Source: Acidobacteriota bacterium (GTDB lineage Bacteria; Acidobacteriota; Thermoanaerobaculia; Multivoradales; J023). Taken from it: a stretch of 64,000 nucleotides of DNA. The position numbers and the translations under genes are program-made. The notes under the pieces were generated by a model that had not been told where the DNA came from, did no database searches, and was given only the letters and a program-made list of their open reading frames with translations. The stretch's first letter is position 1. The number at the start of each line of letters is the position of its first letter. Shown here piece after piece: positions 54,236 through 63,123 of this stretch. Where the stretch lies: positions 1,638 to 65,637 of the forward strand of contig JAJCXO010000036.1 of the NCBI GenBank assembly GCA_029263395.1, in the 5' to 3' direction.

Positions 54236-55366
54236 CTAACGGCGCCACTTCTGTCCCAAGTGCACCATCAATCCGGCCCCAAAGGCGACGCTGCTATAGA
54301 GATAGTAGAGCACGTGGACGGGAATGACTTGGATCACGAACCATAGATGTTTCGCCTTGTACAAGAACAGATAGAAACGTCGGTTGAGGACCACGATACC
54401 GAACGTCAAAGCCAACGCCAACAGCAGCCACAACTGGCTCAGAGCAACAACCAGCCCAGCGGACATCACCGCGCTCAGGCGTTGGCTGTGGCGCAAATTG
54501 AGGTCATTGGGAATCTTGCCTTGGCGCAGGAGCAACAATGTCCAAGGAATACCCCGATTCTTGATATCGGTCAGGATCATCAGCCAAAAGGTCCAGCGCT
54601 TCATGTGCTTGACCTGAATGCTCTTGACGAGCTCGACGCGGTGCCCGGCATCACGCAAGCGCGAGCCGAGCTCAATATCTTCAATGCTGGCGTTGGAATA
54701 GGTGGTATCGAATCCACCCAACCCGAGAAACACGGATTTTTTGATCGCCCCGCAGCCACTCCAAAAACTGAAGGCGTCTTGTTTGCCGTCCTGGTGCACG
54801 AAGTGATGCAGCAGATTGCGGTACTGAGAAAGAAAGCCAGGGGCTCCAGGGCTGGCATCATAGGAGCCGAAGAACGCGTCGACAGCGGGATCGATGAGAA
54901 ACTTCGCCGCCACCAATCCGAGAGTGCCAGGCTGCACACAGACATCCGCATCGAGGAAGAACAGAGTCGTATGCTGGGCAGCTTCAGCGCCACGGTTGCG
55001 GGCGGCCGCCGGCCCTGAACGGGTGTCTTGACGGATCAGGCAAACATCGTGTCGACGGGCGACTTCAGCTGTGTCGTCAGTGGAGGCATCGTCCACCACG
55101 ATAATCTCGTAGTCGACATATTCTGAGGATTCCAAGGCCAGCAAACAGAGCTCGAGGTTGGCAGGATCGTTGCGAACCGGAATAACAACCGACAGCGAGA
55201 CCCGCTCCGCAGCCTTGGCAACTCCATATGGGCCGGTCTTCCGAACACCAGCTTCAGCTCGCGACGTGTTATCCCGGGACGAGCTATCCCGGGACGTCGT
55301 GAGCGCCTCGTCGGATCCATCACGGTCCTGGAACGCCGCCGCTGGCAACTGAATATTGGAGCTCAC
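54236..55366 (-). CDS. family 2 glycosyltransferase with C-terminal TM segments
   Basis: LSVVIPVRNDPANLELCLLAL...IIVVDDASTDDT...FLDADV is a GT2 signature. The C-terminus has 3-4 TM helices. Confidence 0.8.
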   Translation of the reverse strand: MSSNIQLPAAAFQDRDGSDEALTTSRDSSSRDNTSRAEAGVRKTGPYGVAKAAERVSLSVVIPVRNDPANLELCLLALESSEYVDYEIIVVDDASTDDTAEVARRHDVCLIRQDTRSGPAAARNRGAEAAQHTTLFFLDADVCVQPGTLGLVAAKFLIDPAVDAFFGSYDASPGAPGFLSQYRNLLHHFVHQDGKQDAFSFWSGCGAIKKSVFLGLGGFDTTYSNASIEDIELGSRLRDAGHRVELVKSIQVKHMKRWTFWLMILTDIKNRGIPWTLLLLRQGKIPNDLNLRHSQRLSAVMSAGLVVALSQLWLLLALALTFGIVVLNRRFYLFLYKAKHLWFVIQVIPVHVLYYLYSSVAFGAGLMVHLGQKWRR

Positions 55367-55552
55367 GAATTCCTTCTGAGCCGGAGATGCCCCGGCTTGG
55401 TCGAAGCGATCGCTTCCCGCTTAAGTTGTTTCGAGGTTGGGCGGTTGTGCAGGAGTCGCAGTCTAGAAGATCACAGTCTACTAGGTTTGTTCGCAGGTTC
55501 TGTGCAGTCAGATTCCGACTCGTCGTCAAATTCGGCCAATATCAACGTCAGC

Positions 55553-56554
55553 TCAACTATGACCTAACACCGGATGTGGCTGGTAAGGCTCTTCCAGGAG
55601 CGCTAGGGAGGCCTCATCAAGCTCGAGGTCGACAGCAGCAACCGCGTCTTCGAGATGATGAATCTTGCTGGCACCGATGATCGGAGCTGTCACCGTCGGC
55701 TGGTGTAGCAACCAGGCAAGTGCGGTTTGGGCAGGAGAGACGCCAAGGCGTTTGGCTAGATCGAGATTACGCTCGACAACAGCAAAATCATCGTCACGAT
55801 AGTAGAGATCCTGGGCGTAGTCGTCGGTCTTGGCGCGCACCGTCTCACCGCTGCGACCGTCGCCACCGCCGTCCTTGTCGTGGTGCCGATTGCCGACCAG
55901 GAAACCACGCGCCAGTGGACTCCACGGCAAGATGCCCAGGCCCTCGTCATCACAGAGCGGCAGCATCTCTCGCTCCTCCTCGCGGTACACCAAGTTGTAA
56001 TGGTTCTGCATGGTGGCAAAACGCGTCCAGCCGCCAAGATCAGCAGTGTAAAGCGCTTTGGAGAGTTGCCATGCAAACATGCTGGAGGCTCCGATGTAGC
56101 GCGCTTTGCCCGCCCGCACCACGTCGTGTAATGCTTCGAGGGTTTCTTCGAGCGGTGTCTCGGGATCCCAACGATGGATCTGGTAAAGGTCGACATAGTC
56201 GGTACCGAGGCGGCGTAACGAAGCGTCGATAGCATCGAAGATATGTTTACGAGACAACCCACGATCATTGGGACCTTCCCCCATCGGGAAGAATACCTTA
56301 GAGGCGATCACCACCTGATCTCGCGATGCTAGCTCGGCCAAAGCACGACCGGTGATCTCCTCGCTCCGTCCGAGCGAGTACATGTCGGCGGTGTCGAAAA
56401 AATTGATGCCGAGCTCGAGAGCCCGAGCGATGAACGGCCGACTGGTCGCTTCATCGAGAACCCAAGGTCGCCATTGCGGATCACCGTAGGTCATACACCC
56501 GAGACAGATGCGCGATACCTTCAAGCCGGTTGTCCCGAGGTTCACATACTTCAC
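55553..56554 (-). CDS. aldo/keto reductase
   Basis: MKYVNLGTTGLKVSRICLGCMTYG...FFDTADMYS...IGASS are AKR signatures. Confidence 0.85.
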   Translation of the reverse strand: MKYVNLGTTGLKVSRICLGCMTYGDPQWRPWVLDEATSRPFIARALELGINFFDTADMYSLGRSEEITGRALAELASRDQVVIASKVFFPMGEGPNDRGLSRKHIFDAIDASLRRLGTDYVDLYQIHRWDPETPLEETLEALHDVVRAGKARYIGASSMFAWQLSKALYTADLGGWTRFATMQNHYNLVYREEEREMLPLCDDEGLGILPWSPLARGFLVGNRHHDKDGGGDGRSGETVRAKTDDYAQDLYYRDDDFAVVERNLDLAKRLGVSPAQTALAWLLHQPTVTAPIIGASKIHHLEDAVAAVDLELDEASLALLEEPYQPHPVLGHS

Positions 56555-56872
56555 AGCGTCAGTCTCCTGGGAGCCGCCTCCCTCATCAGGTAACCCCTCG
56601 GTCCGGGGTGTTTATTAGGTCACAGCTTGATCCTGTCCGAGAGCGCATCGAGAGCTCGGTCGGTCTTGTGGGCTCGCTGCTTGCTCCACAAAACCTCCTT
56701 CACGGAGCCGAATATGGCAAGACGTAGAGGATCTTACCAAGCTCCGCTCATTAGGCTCCGCTCATTGAGATACAGTTCTGTCACTCTGTGATCCTATTTC
56801 GAGTGCCTATTGCCATATGCTCCAACATCGCAAGAATGCAGGCGTCGACTTTCGAGTAACTAGGAGAATCTC

Positions 56873-59593
56873 GTGACCCACCACGTCTACCTCTTCATCA
56901 AGCACCGCAGTACTCCCAGCGACGGTCCCGAGCTATTAGGTGGCAAGGGAGCCAACCTGGCCGAAATGAGCCGACTCGGTTTACCTGTGCCGCCGGGCTT
57001 CACGCTATCGACCGAAGTCTGCAACCACTTCCTCGCCCATAAGGGAGAGTATCCCAAAGGGTTGCACGCCGACGTCGAGGAGGCTTTGGCAGCAATTGGC
57101 GAAGTGATGGGCTCACATTTCGGTGATCCTGACGATCCACTGCTGGTCAGCGTACGCTCCGGGGCTCGACAGTCGATGCCGGGAATGATGGAGACGGTGC
57201 TCAACGTAGGTCTCACCCCGAACACCCTACCGGCCATGATCGAGAAGACCGGTAACCCCCGCTTCGTATATGACGCGTATCGTCGCCTCATCACGATGTA
57301 CAGCGATGTCGTCATGGAAAAGGGTGCTGGCATCAACCCGGGAGAAGACGCAGGGATTCGGGTCCAGCTCGATGCGATGCTGGAGGAGGTCAAGCATGAG
57401 CACGGACACACCACCGACGCCGACTTGACCGCTGACCAGCTGAAAGTATTGTGTGATCGCTACCGTGATCGAATCCAGGAAGTTCTTGGATGCCCGTTCC
57501 CTGATGACCCGCTGGAACAGTTGTGGGGTGCCGTCAGCGCGGTCTTTACGTCGTGGAATGGCAAACGAGCCAAAAGCTATCGCCGGATCGAGGGCATCCC
57601 GGACGCTTGGGGTACGGCGGTCAACGTCCAGGCGATGGTCTTCGGCAATATGGGCCCAACGTCGGCCACCGGCGTCGCGTTTACCCGCAACCCGGCTACC
57701 GGCAGCAACGTCTTCTACGGCGAATGGTTGCCCAATGCCCAGGGTGAGGACGTGGTTGCCGGCACCCGCACTCCCTATGCTCTCAACCAAGAGAGCAAAA
57801 CCAACACCAACACCGAGCTCCCGACCCTCGAGGATATCCAGCCCGAGGCATATCAGCAGTTGGTCGAAATCCGTACGACCCTCGAGCAACGCTACCGCGA
57901 CATGCAAGACATCGAGTTCACCGTGCAGGAAGGGCGCCTGTGGATGCTGCAAACCCGCACGGGCAAACGCAACGGAGCAGCCGCGCTACACATCGCGGTC
58001 GACATGGTCGAAGAAGGCCTGATCGAGCATCGCGAAGCGATCCAGCGGGTCCTTCCGTCTCAGCTCGACGAGTTGTTACACCCGATGATCGACCCGGTGG
58101 CCGAGGGCAGCTGCACGCCGTTGGCGCGGGGGCTCCCCGCTGGCCCTGGCGGCGCCGGAGGCAAAATCGTCTTGACCGCGGATCGCGCCGAGAAACTCGG
58201 TAAGGCGGGCGAGCAAGTTGTCCTGGTACGAGCCGAAACCAGCCCAGAGGATGTCCACGGCATGCATGTGGCCCAGGCCATTGTGACCGCCAAAGGTGGC
58301 ATGACGTCACACGCGGCGTTGGTTGCCCGCGGCTGGGGCAAAACCTGTGTCGTCGGCTGTGGCGAGCTCGACATCCAACTCGCGGCCGGCACTGTCACGG
58401 TGACCGGTGCGGATGGCGAGACCGTTCTACGTGAAGGAGACTGGCTGACAGTCAACGGCTCAACCGGTGCCGTTTATTCCGAAGAGCTCGCGCTGGTCGA
58501 TACCGACCCTGAGAAGAATCCGATTCTGTCGACATTCTTGGGCTGGTGTGACCGTGTCCGGCGCCTGAACATCCGCACCAATGCCGATAGCCCGGATGAC
58601 GCCGCCCTGGCACGACGCTTTGGCGCCCGCGGTATCGGCCTATGTCGCACCGAACACATGTTCTTCGGTGAAGAACGTATCCTGGCAATGCGCGAGATGA
58701 TCCTCGCCGACACTCCGGAGGAGCAAGAGGAAGCGGTGGCCAAGCTGCTGCCCTACCAGAAGCAGGACTTCAAAGGCATTTTACGAGTGATGGAGGGTTT
58801 GCCGGTCACCATTCGGCTGCTCGATCCACCGTTGCACGAGTTCATGCCTCAAAACCCTGATCAGATCCGCGAGATCGCCAAGTCCACCGGTAAAGATGAA
58901 GCGGCGGTTCGGCTCCGGATCGAGCAGTTGCACGAGCTCAACCCGATGCTCGGCCACCGTGGCTGTCGTCTCGGTATCACCCATCCGGCGATCACCCGCA
59001 TGCAAGCACGCGCGATCCTCGAAGCGGCGGCTGAGCTCACGCTGGAAGGCGTCGACGCTCGCCCGGAGATCATGGTGCCCTTGGTCAGCCACATCAAAGA
59101 GCTCGAGGACCAGAAGAGCATCATCCAAAGCGTTGCTGCCGAGGTCATGGCCGAGATCGGCGTCGAAGATCTCAAATACCTCGTGGGTACCATGATCGAG
59201 TTACCACGGGCCGCACTGCTCGCTGACGAGATCGCTACCGAAGCTGATTTTTTCAGTTTCGGCACCAACGACCTCACCCAGATGACCTGCGGCTTCAGCC
59301 GAGACGATGTCGTGACCTTCCTGCCGTTCTACTTGGAGCGCGGCATCTATCAGTTCGACCCTTTCGCCAGCCTCGACCGCACCGGCGTCGGTCAACTCGT
59401 GGCCATGGCCACCGAACGTGGCCGTAGCACCCGCAGCGACCTCAAGATTGGAATTTGCGGCGAACACGGTGGCGACCCGGCGTCGATCAGGTTTTTCCAC
59501 CAAGTTGGCCTCGACTATGTCTCGTGTAGTCCATTTCGGGTACCGATTGCTCGGCTGGCCGCAGCCCAGAGTGCGTTGGCCGACGAAGGCTAG
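56873..59593 (+). CDS. ppdK: pyruvate, phosphate dikinase
   Basis: LLGGKGANLAEMSRLGLPVPPGFTLSTEVC is present. The phospho-His region reads TAKGGMTSHAALVARGWGK, and the C-terminal PEP-utilising block reads GICGEHGGDP. The gene has a GTG start preceded by AGGAGA. Confidence 0.9.
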   Translation: MTHHVYLFIKHRSTPSDGPELLGGKGANLAEMSRLGLPVPPGFTLSTEVCNHFLAHKGEYPKGLHADVEEALAAIGEVMGSHFGDPDDPLLVSVRSGARQSMPGMMETVLNVGLTPNTLPAMIEKTGNPRFVYDAYRRLITMYSDVVMEKGAGINPGEDAGIRVQLDAMLEEVKHEHGHTTDADLTADQLKVLCDRYRDRIQEVLGCPFPDDPLEQLWGAVSAVFTSWNGKRAKSYRRIEGIPDAWGTAVNVQAMVFGNMGPTSATGVAFTRNPATGSNVFYGEWLPNAQGEDVVAGTRTPYALNQESKTNTNTELPTLEDIQPEAYQQLVEIRTTLEQRYRDMQDIEFTVQEGRLWMLQTRTGKRNGAAALHIAVDMVEEGLIEHREAIQRVLPSQLDELLHPMIDPVAEGSCTPLARGLPAGPGGAGGKIVLTADRAEKLGKAGEQVVLVRAETSPEDVHGMHVAQAIVTAKGGMTSHAALVARGWGKTCVVGCGELDIQLAAGTVTVTGADGETVLREGDWLTVNGSTGAVYSEELALVDTDPEKNPILSTFLGWCDRVRRLNIRTNADSPDDAALARRFGARGIGLCRTEHMFFGEERILAMREMILADTPEEQEEAVAKLLPYQKQDFKGILRVMEGLPVTIRLLDPPLHEFMPQNPDQIREIAKSTGKDEAAVRLRIEQLHELNPMLGHRGCRLGITHPAITRMQARAILEAAAELTLEGVDARPEIMVPLVSHIKELEDQKSIIQSVAAEVMAEIGVEDLKYLVGTMIELPRAALLADEIATEADFFSFGTNDLTQMTCGFSRDDVVTFLPFYLERGIYQFDPFASLDRTGVGQLVAMATERGRSTRSDLKIGICGEHGGDPASIRFFHQVGLDYVSCSPFRVPIARLAAAQSALADEG

Positions 59594-59601
59594 GGGGCAG
59601 A

Positions 59602-59633
59602 CAGCCCCTCTCTCAAACCGGGAAGAGGGGCTG
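59602..59633. terminator. hairpin between convergent ppdK and the receptor gene
   Basis: CAGCCCCTCT-N12-AGAGGGGCTG forms a perfect 10-bp stem. Confidence 0.45.
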
Positions 59634-59659
59634 GTTGATGGACGCTCTGGGAACTAGGT

Positions 59660-62638
59660 TCAGAACTCGAACCGTGCGCCGATCTGAAACTCCAAGGGGT
59701 TGAAGGCACTGGTCGGCGTCAAGAAAGTCCCGGTACCGACTCGGTTATCGCCCGCAGTATTGCCAAGACCATTGAAGTTGGTCTCGTCGGTGACGTTGAA
59801 GATGTCAGCTAGCAACGTCACCGAGTACCGTGTGGCAAAAGGAAGCTCGTAGCGCAGGGAGAGGTCGAGACGTTCGAAGTCCGGATTTTCGACCCCACGC
59901 AGCTTGCCGTCAGTGTTCGTCGGCACTCCGATGTCCGACGGATTCTGGGGCTGGTAGCTGCCCGACGGCGCCAAGTTACGGTTGCCGTTGTCGAGAAAAC
60001 CACCTGGGATAGAGCTGTCGGCCAAGAGGCGCACCTGGTCGCCACTCATGTTGCGATAGACCCAGGAGACCACAAGGCCTTGATTCTCTCGCCAGGACGT
60101 CTTGGGGACCCGATAGCTACCCGAGATCACCACGTTGTGATCACGATGCCAACGCACCGGGATATCGGTGTTGCGGGGGTCGCCCATATTGAGCGCCAGC
60201 GGGGCGCCGATCAGCTCACCGGTGTCGAAGTTGTAGCCGGATTCGGTACGGGTTTGAAAATACGCTGAGGCCGTGCCGCCAGCGCCTCCCTCGGTGTTGC
60301 CCTCAGAGTTGGCCAACGTGAGGGAGATACGACCTCCGAATCGACCGTTGAATTGTTTACGGACCGACAGTTGAAGAGCATCGTAATCGGTCTCACCCGC
60401 GTTGACGTAGGTCGTGATGCTACCCATATCGACCTGCTGACCGTTCAAGACGCTGAGGTTCGGTCGGCCTCCCTGGGCGCTCGAGTTCGGGTTGAGGTCA
60501 GCAGTGACTAAGATGTCCCGTCCCTCGGAGTGGATCAGATCAGCACCGATCGAAATGCCCGGCCAGAATTCACGTTCGGCCCCTAGCGAGAACGTGTCAA
60601 CGTAACCCTGCTGACGGTCAGGGTTGTCGACCGTCGGTTGGGAGTTGATCAACGTACCGGCGTTACCTTCCAGAATACCGACCAGGACATCACGTAACCC
60701 ATTCAGCGACGTGACCCCGGCCGCCTGTCCAATATCGAAGATCAGTTGACGGTCGGAGCCGGCATCTGGAAAACGCAACAAGAAACCCTGGGACAGGCTG
60801 ACCGAGTCGAGGAAGAAGTTTGCGAAGAACCCAAGCTGAAACCGGTCGTAGAAGCGACCGTAACCACCTCGAACCACGGTTTTACCATCCCCCTTGGGTT
60901 CCCAGGCGAAACCCAACCGCGGTGCGATGTTGTCGTCGTCGGTGATGTCTTCACTGTCGTAACGTAATCCCAGGTTCAGGGTCAATCGGTCGTTGATCCG
61001 CCAATCGTCCTGAGCAAAAACTCCGATGGTCTCGTTGTTGGGGATATCCGCCGTCGCCCCGCCCAGGGCCCGAACATTGAAGAAACCCGGATAGGTCGTG
61101 ATGTTGTTGGGATCAAATGGCTGATCCCCGTTGAAGTCCCGAAATTCTCCATTCAGGGTGCCGAAGTTGGTGAACTCTTCTTCGCGTTCGGAATACTGAA
61201 AGCCGAAGCGGAACTCATGTTCACCTCGCAGTTCTGGCAAATAGAGAGAGAAGGTGTCATCGAATTGCGTGGAACGGTTGAAACGGGATTGGGCAACGGT
61301 GCTGGCACCACCAACAAACCCTGGATGGCGCTCCTGGACATCCTGACCGCGCTGCGAGGCGAAGTCCTGTCCGCCGTTGTTGAAGCCCGGATTGGCAAAG
61401 GACACATCTTCCTTGGTGAACGAAATCCGAGCACTGTTGATCGATCGATCACTGATCACAGAATCCAGCGTGAACACCCAATTCGAGTCGGTGTCGTCCT
61501 CTTCACGAGCTGCCGCCAGCGTGATGTCGACACCCCCCACTGGAATGATCTGGTTAAACTGAGGCGACTCCTCCAACAAGTACCGGAAGGCCAGATGATG
61601 GTTTTGCAACGGTTGGTAGTCGAGCTTGACCAATGTGTTGTCGATGTCATTGTCTTCGGTGGTCGTGAAGTTGAACTCTGGTCGAGTCGGGAAACTGCCG
61701 ACGATCCCTTCCTCATTCAAGTTGTCTTCGTAGCTGACGAAAAAATGCAACTTGTCCCGCACGATCGGACCACCCACCGTAAAGCCCGTAGACTCATACG
61801 ATGTATCGGGGTGCTGCAGATTGTTGCGGGCGGTGAAAAAGTTTTCCTCGTTGAGGCTCGAGTCCTGGAAGAAGTAGAAGGCTGAGCCTAGAAACTTGTT
61901 GCCGCCGCTTTTAGTGACGGCGTTGAGCACACCACCAACGGCGCGACCAAACTCAGCGTCGAACTGGGTGGTCAACACCTGGAACTCTTGGATCGCCTCC
62001 ATCGGCGTACGGGTCTGGGCACCAGCACGGGCACCGATCACGTCGTCATCGTTGTTGGCACCGTCCATGAAAAAGCCATTGTTGTTGTCGTCCTGACCGT
62101 TGACGAAAATGGCATCACCGGCGGTCGAGTCGGTCGACGGCGACGGCGTGACTCCCGGCATCAGGCTGGCGAAGAGCAACGCACTACGATTCTGGGTGGG
62201 TAACGCCTCAAATTCTTCAGTGGTCAAGGTACCGCCGATCTCCTTCGACGTCACCTCGATCACCGGCGATTCACCAGCCACGGTAATCACCTCTTCTACT
62301 GTGCCGAGTTGAAGCGTGACATTGATTCGCGCTTCCTGCCCGACCCGAAGCTGCACCCCAGACTTCTCGACCTGCTGAAAGCCCTCGAGCTGATAGCTCG
62401 CGGCATAGAGGCCTGGTTTCAGACCGTTGATGGCATAGGACCCATTCGCCCCAGTCACTGCGGTGCGAATGTGCCCCGTCGCTTCGTTGCGTGCCGTGAC
62501 CGTGACGCCCGGCAGTGCTCCGCCATTGGAGTCCGTGACAGCCCCGGCGAGATCAGCGTTTGCAAACTGGGCTCCTGCCGCGGTCGAAAGTGTGATCGCG
62601 ACAATCGCGATCATTGCGTAGGCTAGACGACGTCTCAT
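59660..62638 (-). CDS. TonB-dependent receptor-like outer-membrane protein with an N-terminal CarboxypepD_reg-like domain
   Basis: A signal peptide is followed by GAVTDSNGGALPGVTVTARNEATGHIRTAVTGANGSYAINGLKPGLY. A plug and barrel follow, and the protein ends in ...FQIGARFEF. Confidence 0.75.
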   Translation of the reverse strand: MRRRLAYAMIAIVAITLSTAAGAQFANADLAGAVTDSNGGALPGVTVTARNEATGHIRTAVTGANGSYAINGLKPGLYAASYQLEGFQQVEKSGVQLRVGQEARINVTLQLGTVEEVITVAGESPVIEVTSKEIGGTLTTEEFEALPTQNRSALLFASLMPGVTPSPSTDSTAGDAIFVNGQDDNNNGFFMDGANNDDDVIGARAGAQTRTPMEAIQEFQVLTTQFDAEFGRAVGGVLNAVTKSGGNKFLGSAFYFFQDSSLNEENFFTARNNLQHPDTSYESTGFTVGGPIVRDKLHFFVSYEDNLNEEGIVGSFPTRPEFNFTTTEDNDIDNTLVKLDYQPLQNHHLAFRYLLEESPQFNQIIPVGGVDITLAAAREEDDTDSNWVFTLDSVISDRSINSARISFTKEDVSFANPGFNNGGQDFASQRGQDVQERHPGFVGGASTVAQSRFNRSTQFDDTFSLYLPELRGEHEFRFGFQYSEREEEFTNFGTLNGEFRDFNGDQPFDPNNITTYPGFFNVRALGGATADIPNNETIGVFAQDDWRINDRLTLNLGLRYDSEDITDDDNIAPRLGFAWEPKGDGKTVVRGGYGRFYDRFQLGFFANFFLDSVSLSQGFLLRFPDAGSDRQLIFDIGQAAGVTSLNGLRDVLVGILEGNAGTLINSQPTVDNPDRQQGYVDTFSLGAEREFWPGISIGADLIHSEGRDILVTADLNPNSSAQGGRPNLSVLNGQQVDMGSITTYVNAGETDYDALQLSVRKQFNGRFGGRISLTLANSEGNTEGGAGGTASAYFQTRTESGYNFDTGELIGAPLALNMGDPRNTDIPVRWHRDHNVVISGSYRVPKTSWRENQGLVVSWVYRNMSGDQVRLLADSSIPGGFLDNGNRNLAPSGSYQPQNPSDIGVPTNTDGKLRGVENPDFERLDLSLRYELPFATRYSVTLLADIFNVTDETNFNGLGNTAGDNRVGTGTFLTPTSAFNPLEFQIGARFEF

Positions 62639-63123
62639 GACCCTTCTCCTTTGAGAAAGAGGTGGACCGGAAAACGACGAACGGCTACACGCGCCCGTCG
62701 TGTATTCGTCTAGCGATCGGCTGCTCGAGCTCAGCTGCTCGTCTCAGCTGCCCTCAGAACCTTCGGCTCGGATGGAGTTATCTCTTGATGCTCATGTCTA
62801 CATGCTTGCCCAGACTATACGCATCATCCTGAGAAAAGGTTCAACCAAGGTCCGATTCAGGAAACCGCGGCGTTACGCCTGCCGGTCGTTCATCGCTGAC
62901 ACTTCATACTCTTTTCTTGGGGTCCACTGCGCCGGAGCCCAGAGATCGTTCACCTCGGGTTTCTGCGGCAGCATGATAATGCTACGATTCCAGGCCAGGA
63001 AACCTTGATGGCCAGTCAATTCGAGATCGACTTGCGCAGCTTCATGAGCCCAGCTTGCTCAGGATTCCCCAACAAGTATCACCTTCAACGGCTCGCCGCG
63101 ACTCAACTCGTTCGGAGCACCCC

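Noticed and set aside
62639-63123. Riboswitch (cobalamin or TPP) upstream of the TonB-dependent receptor gene
   Set aside because: Reading the minus strand, I could not find a B12-box-like or TPP-like conserved core.
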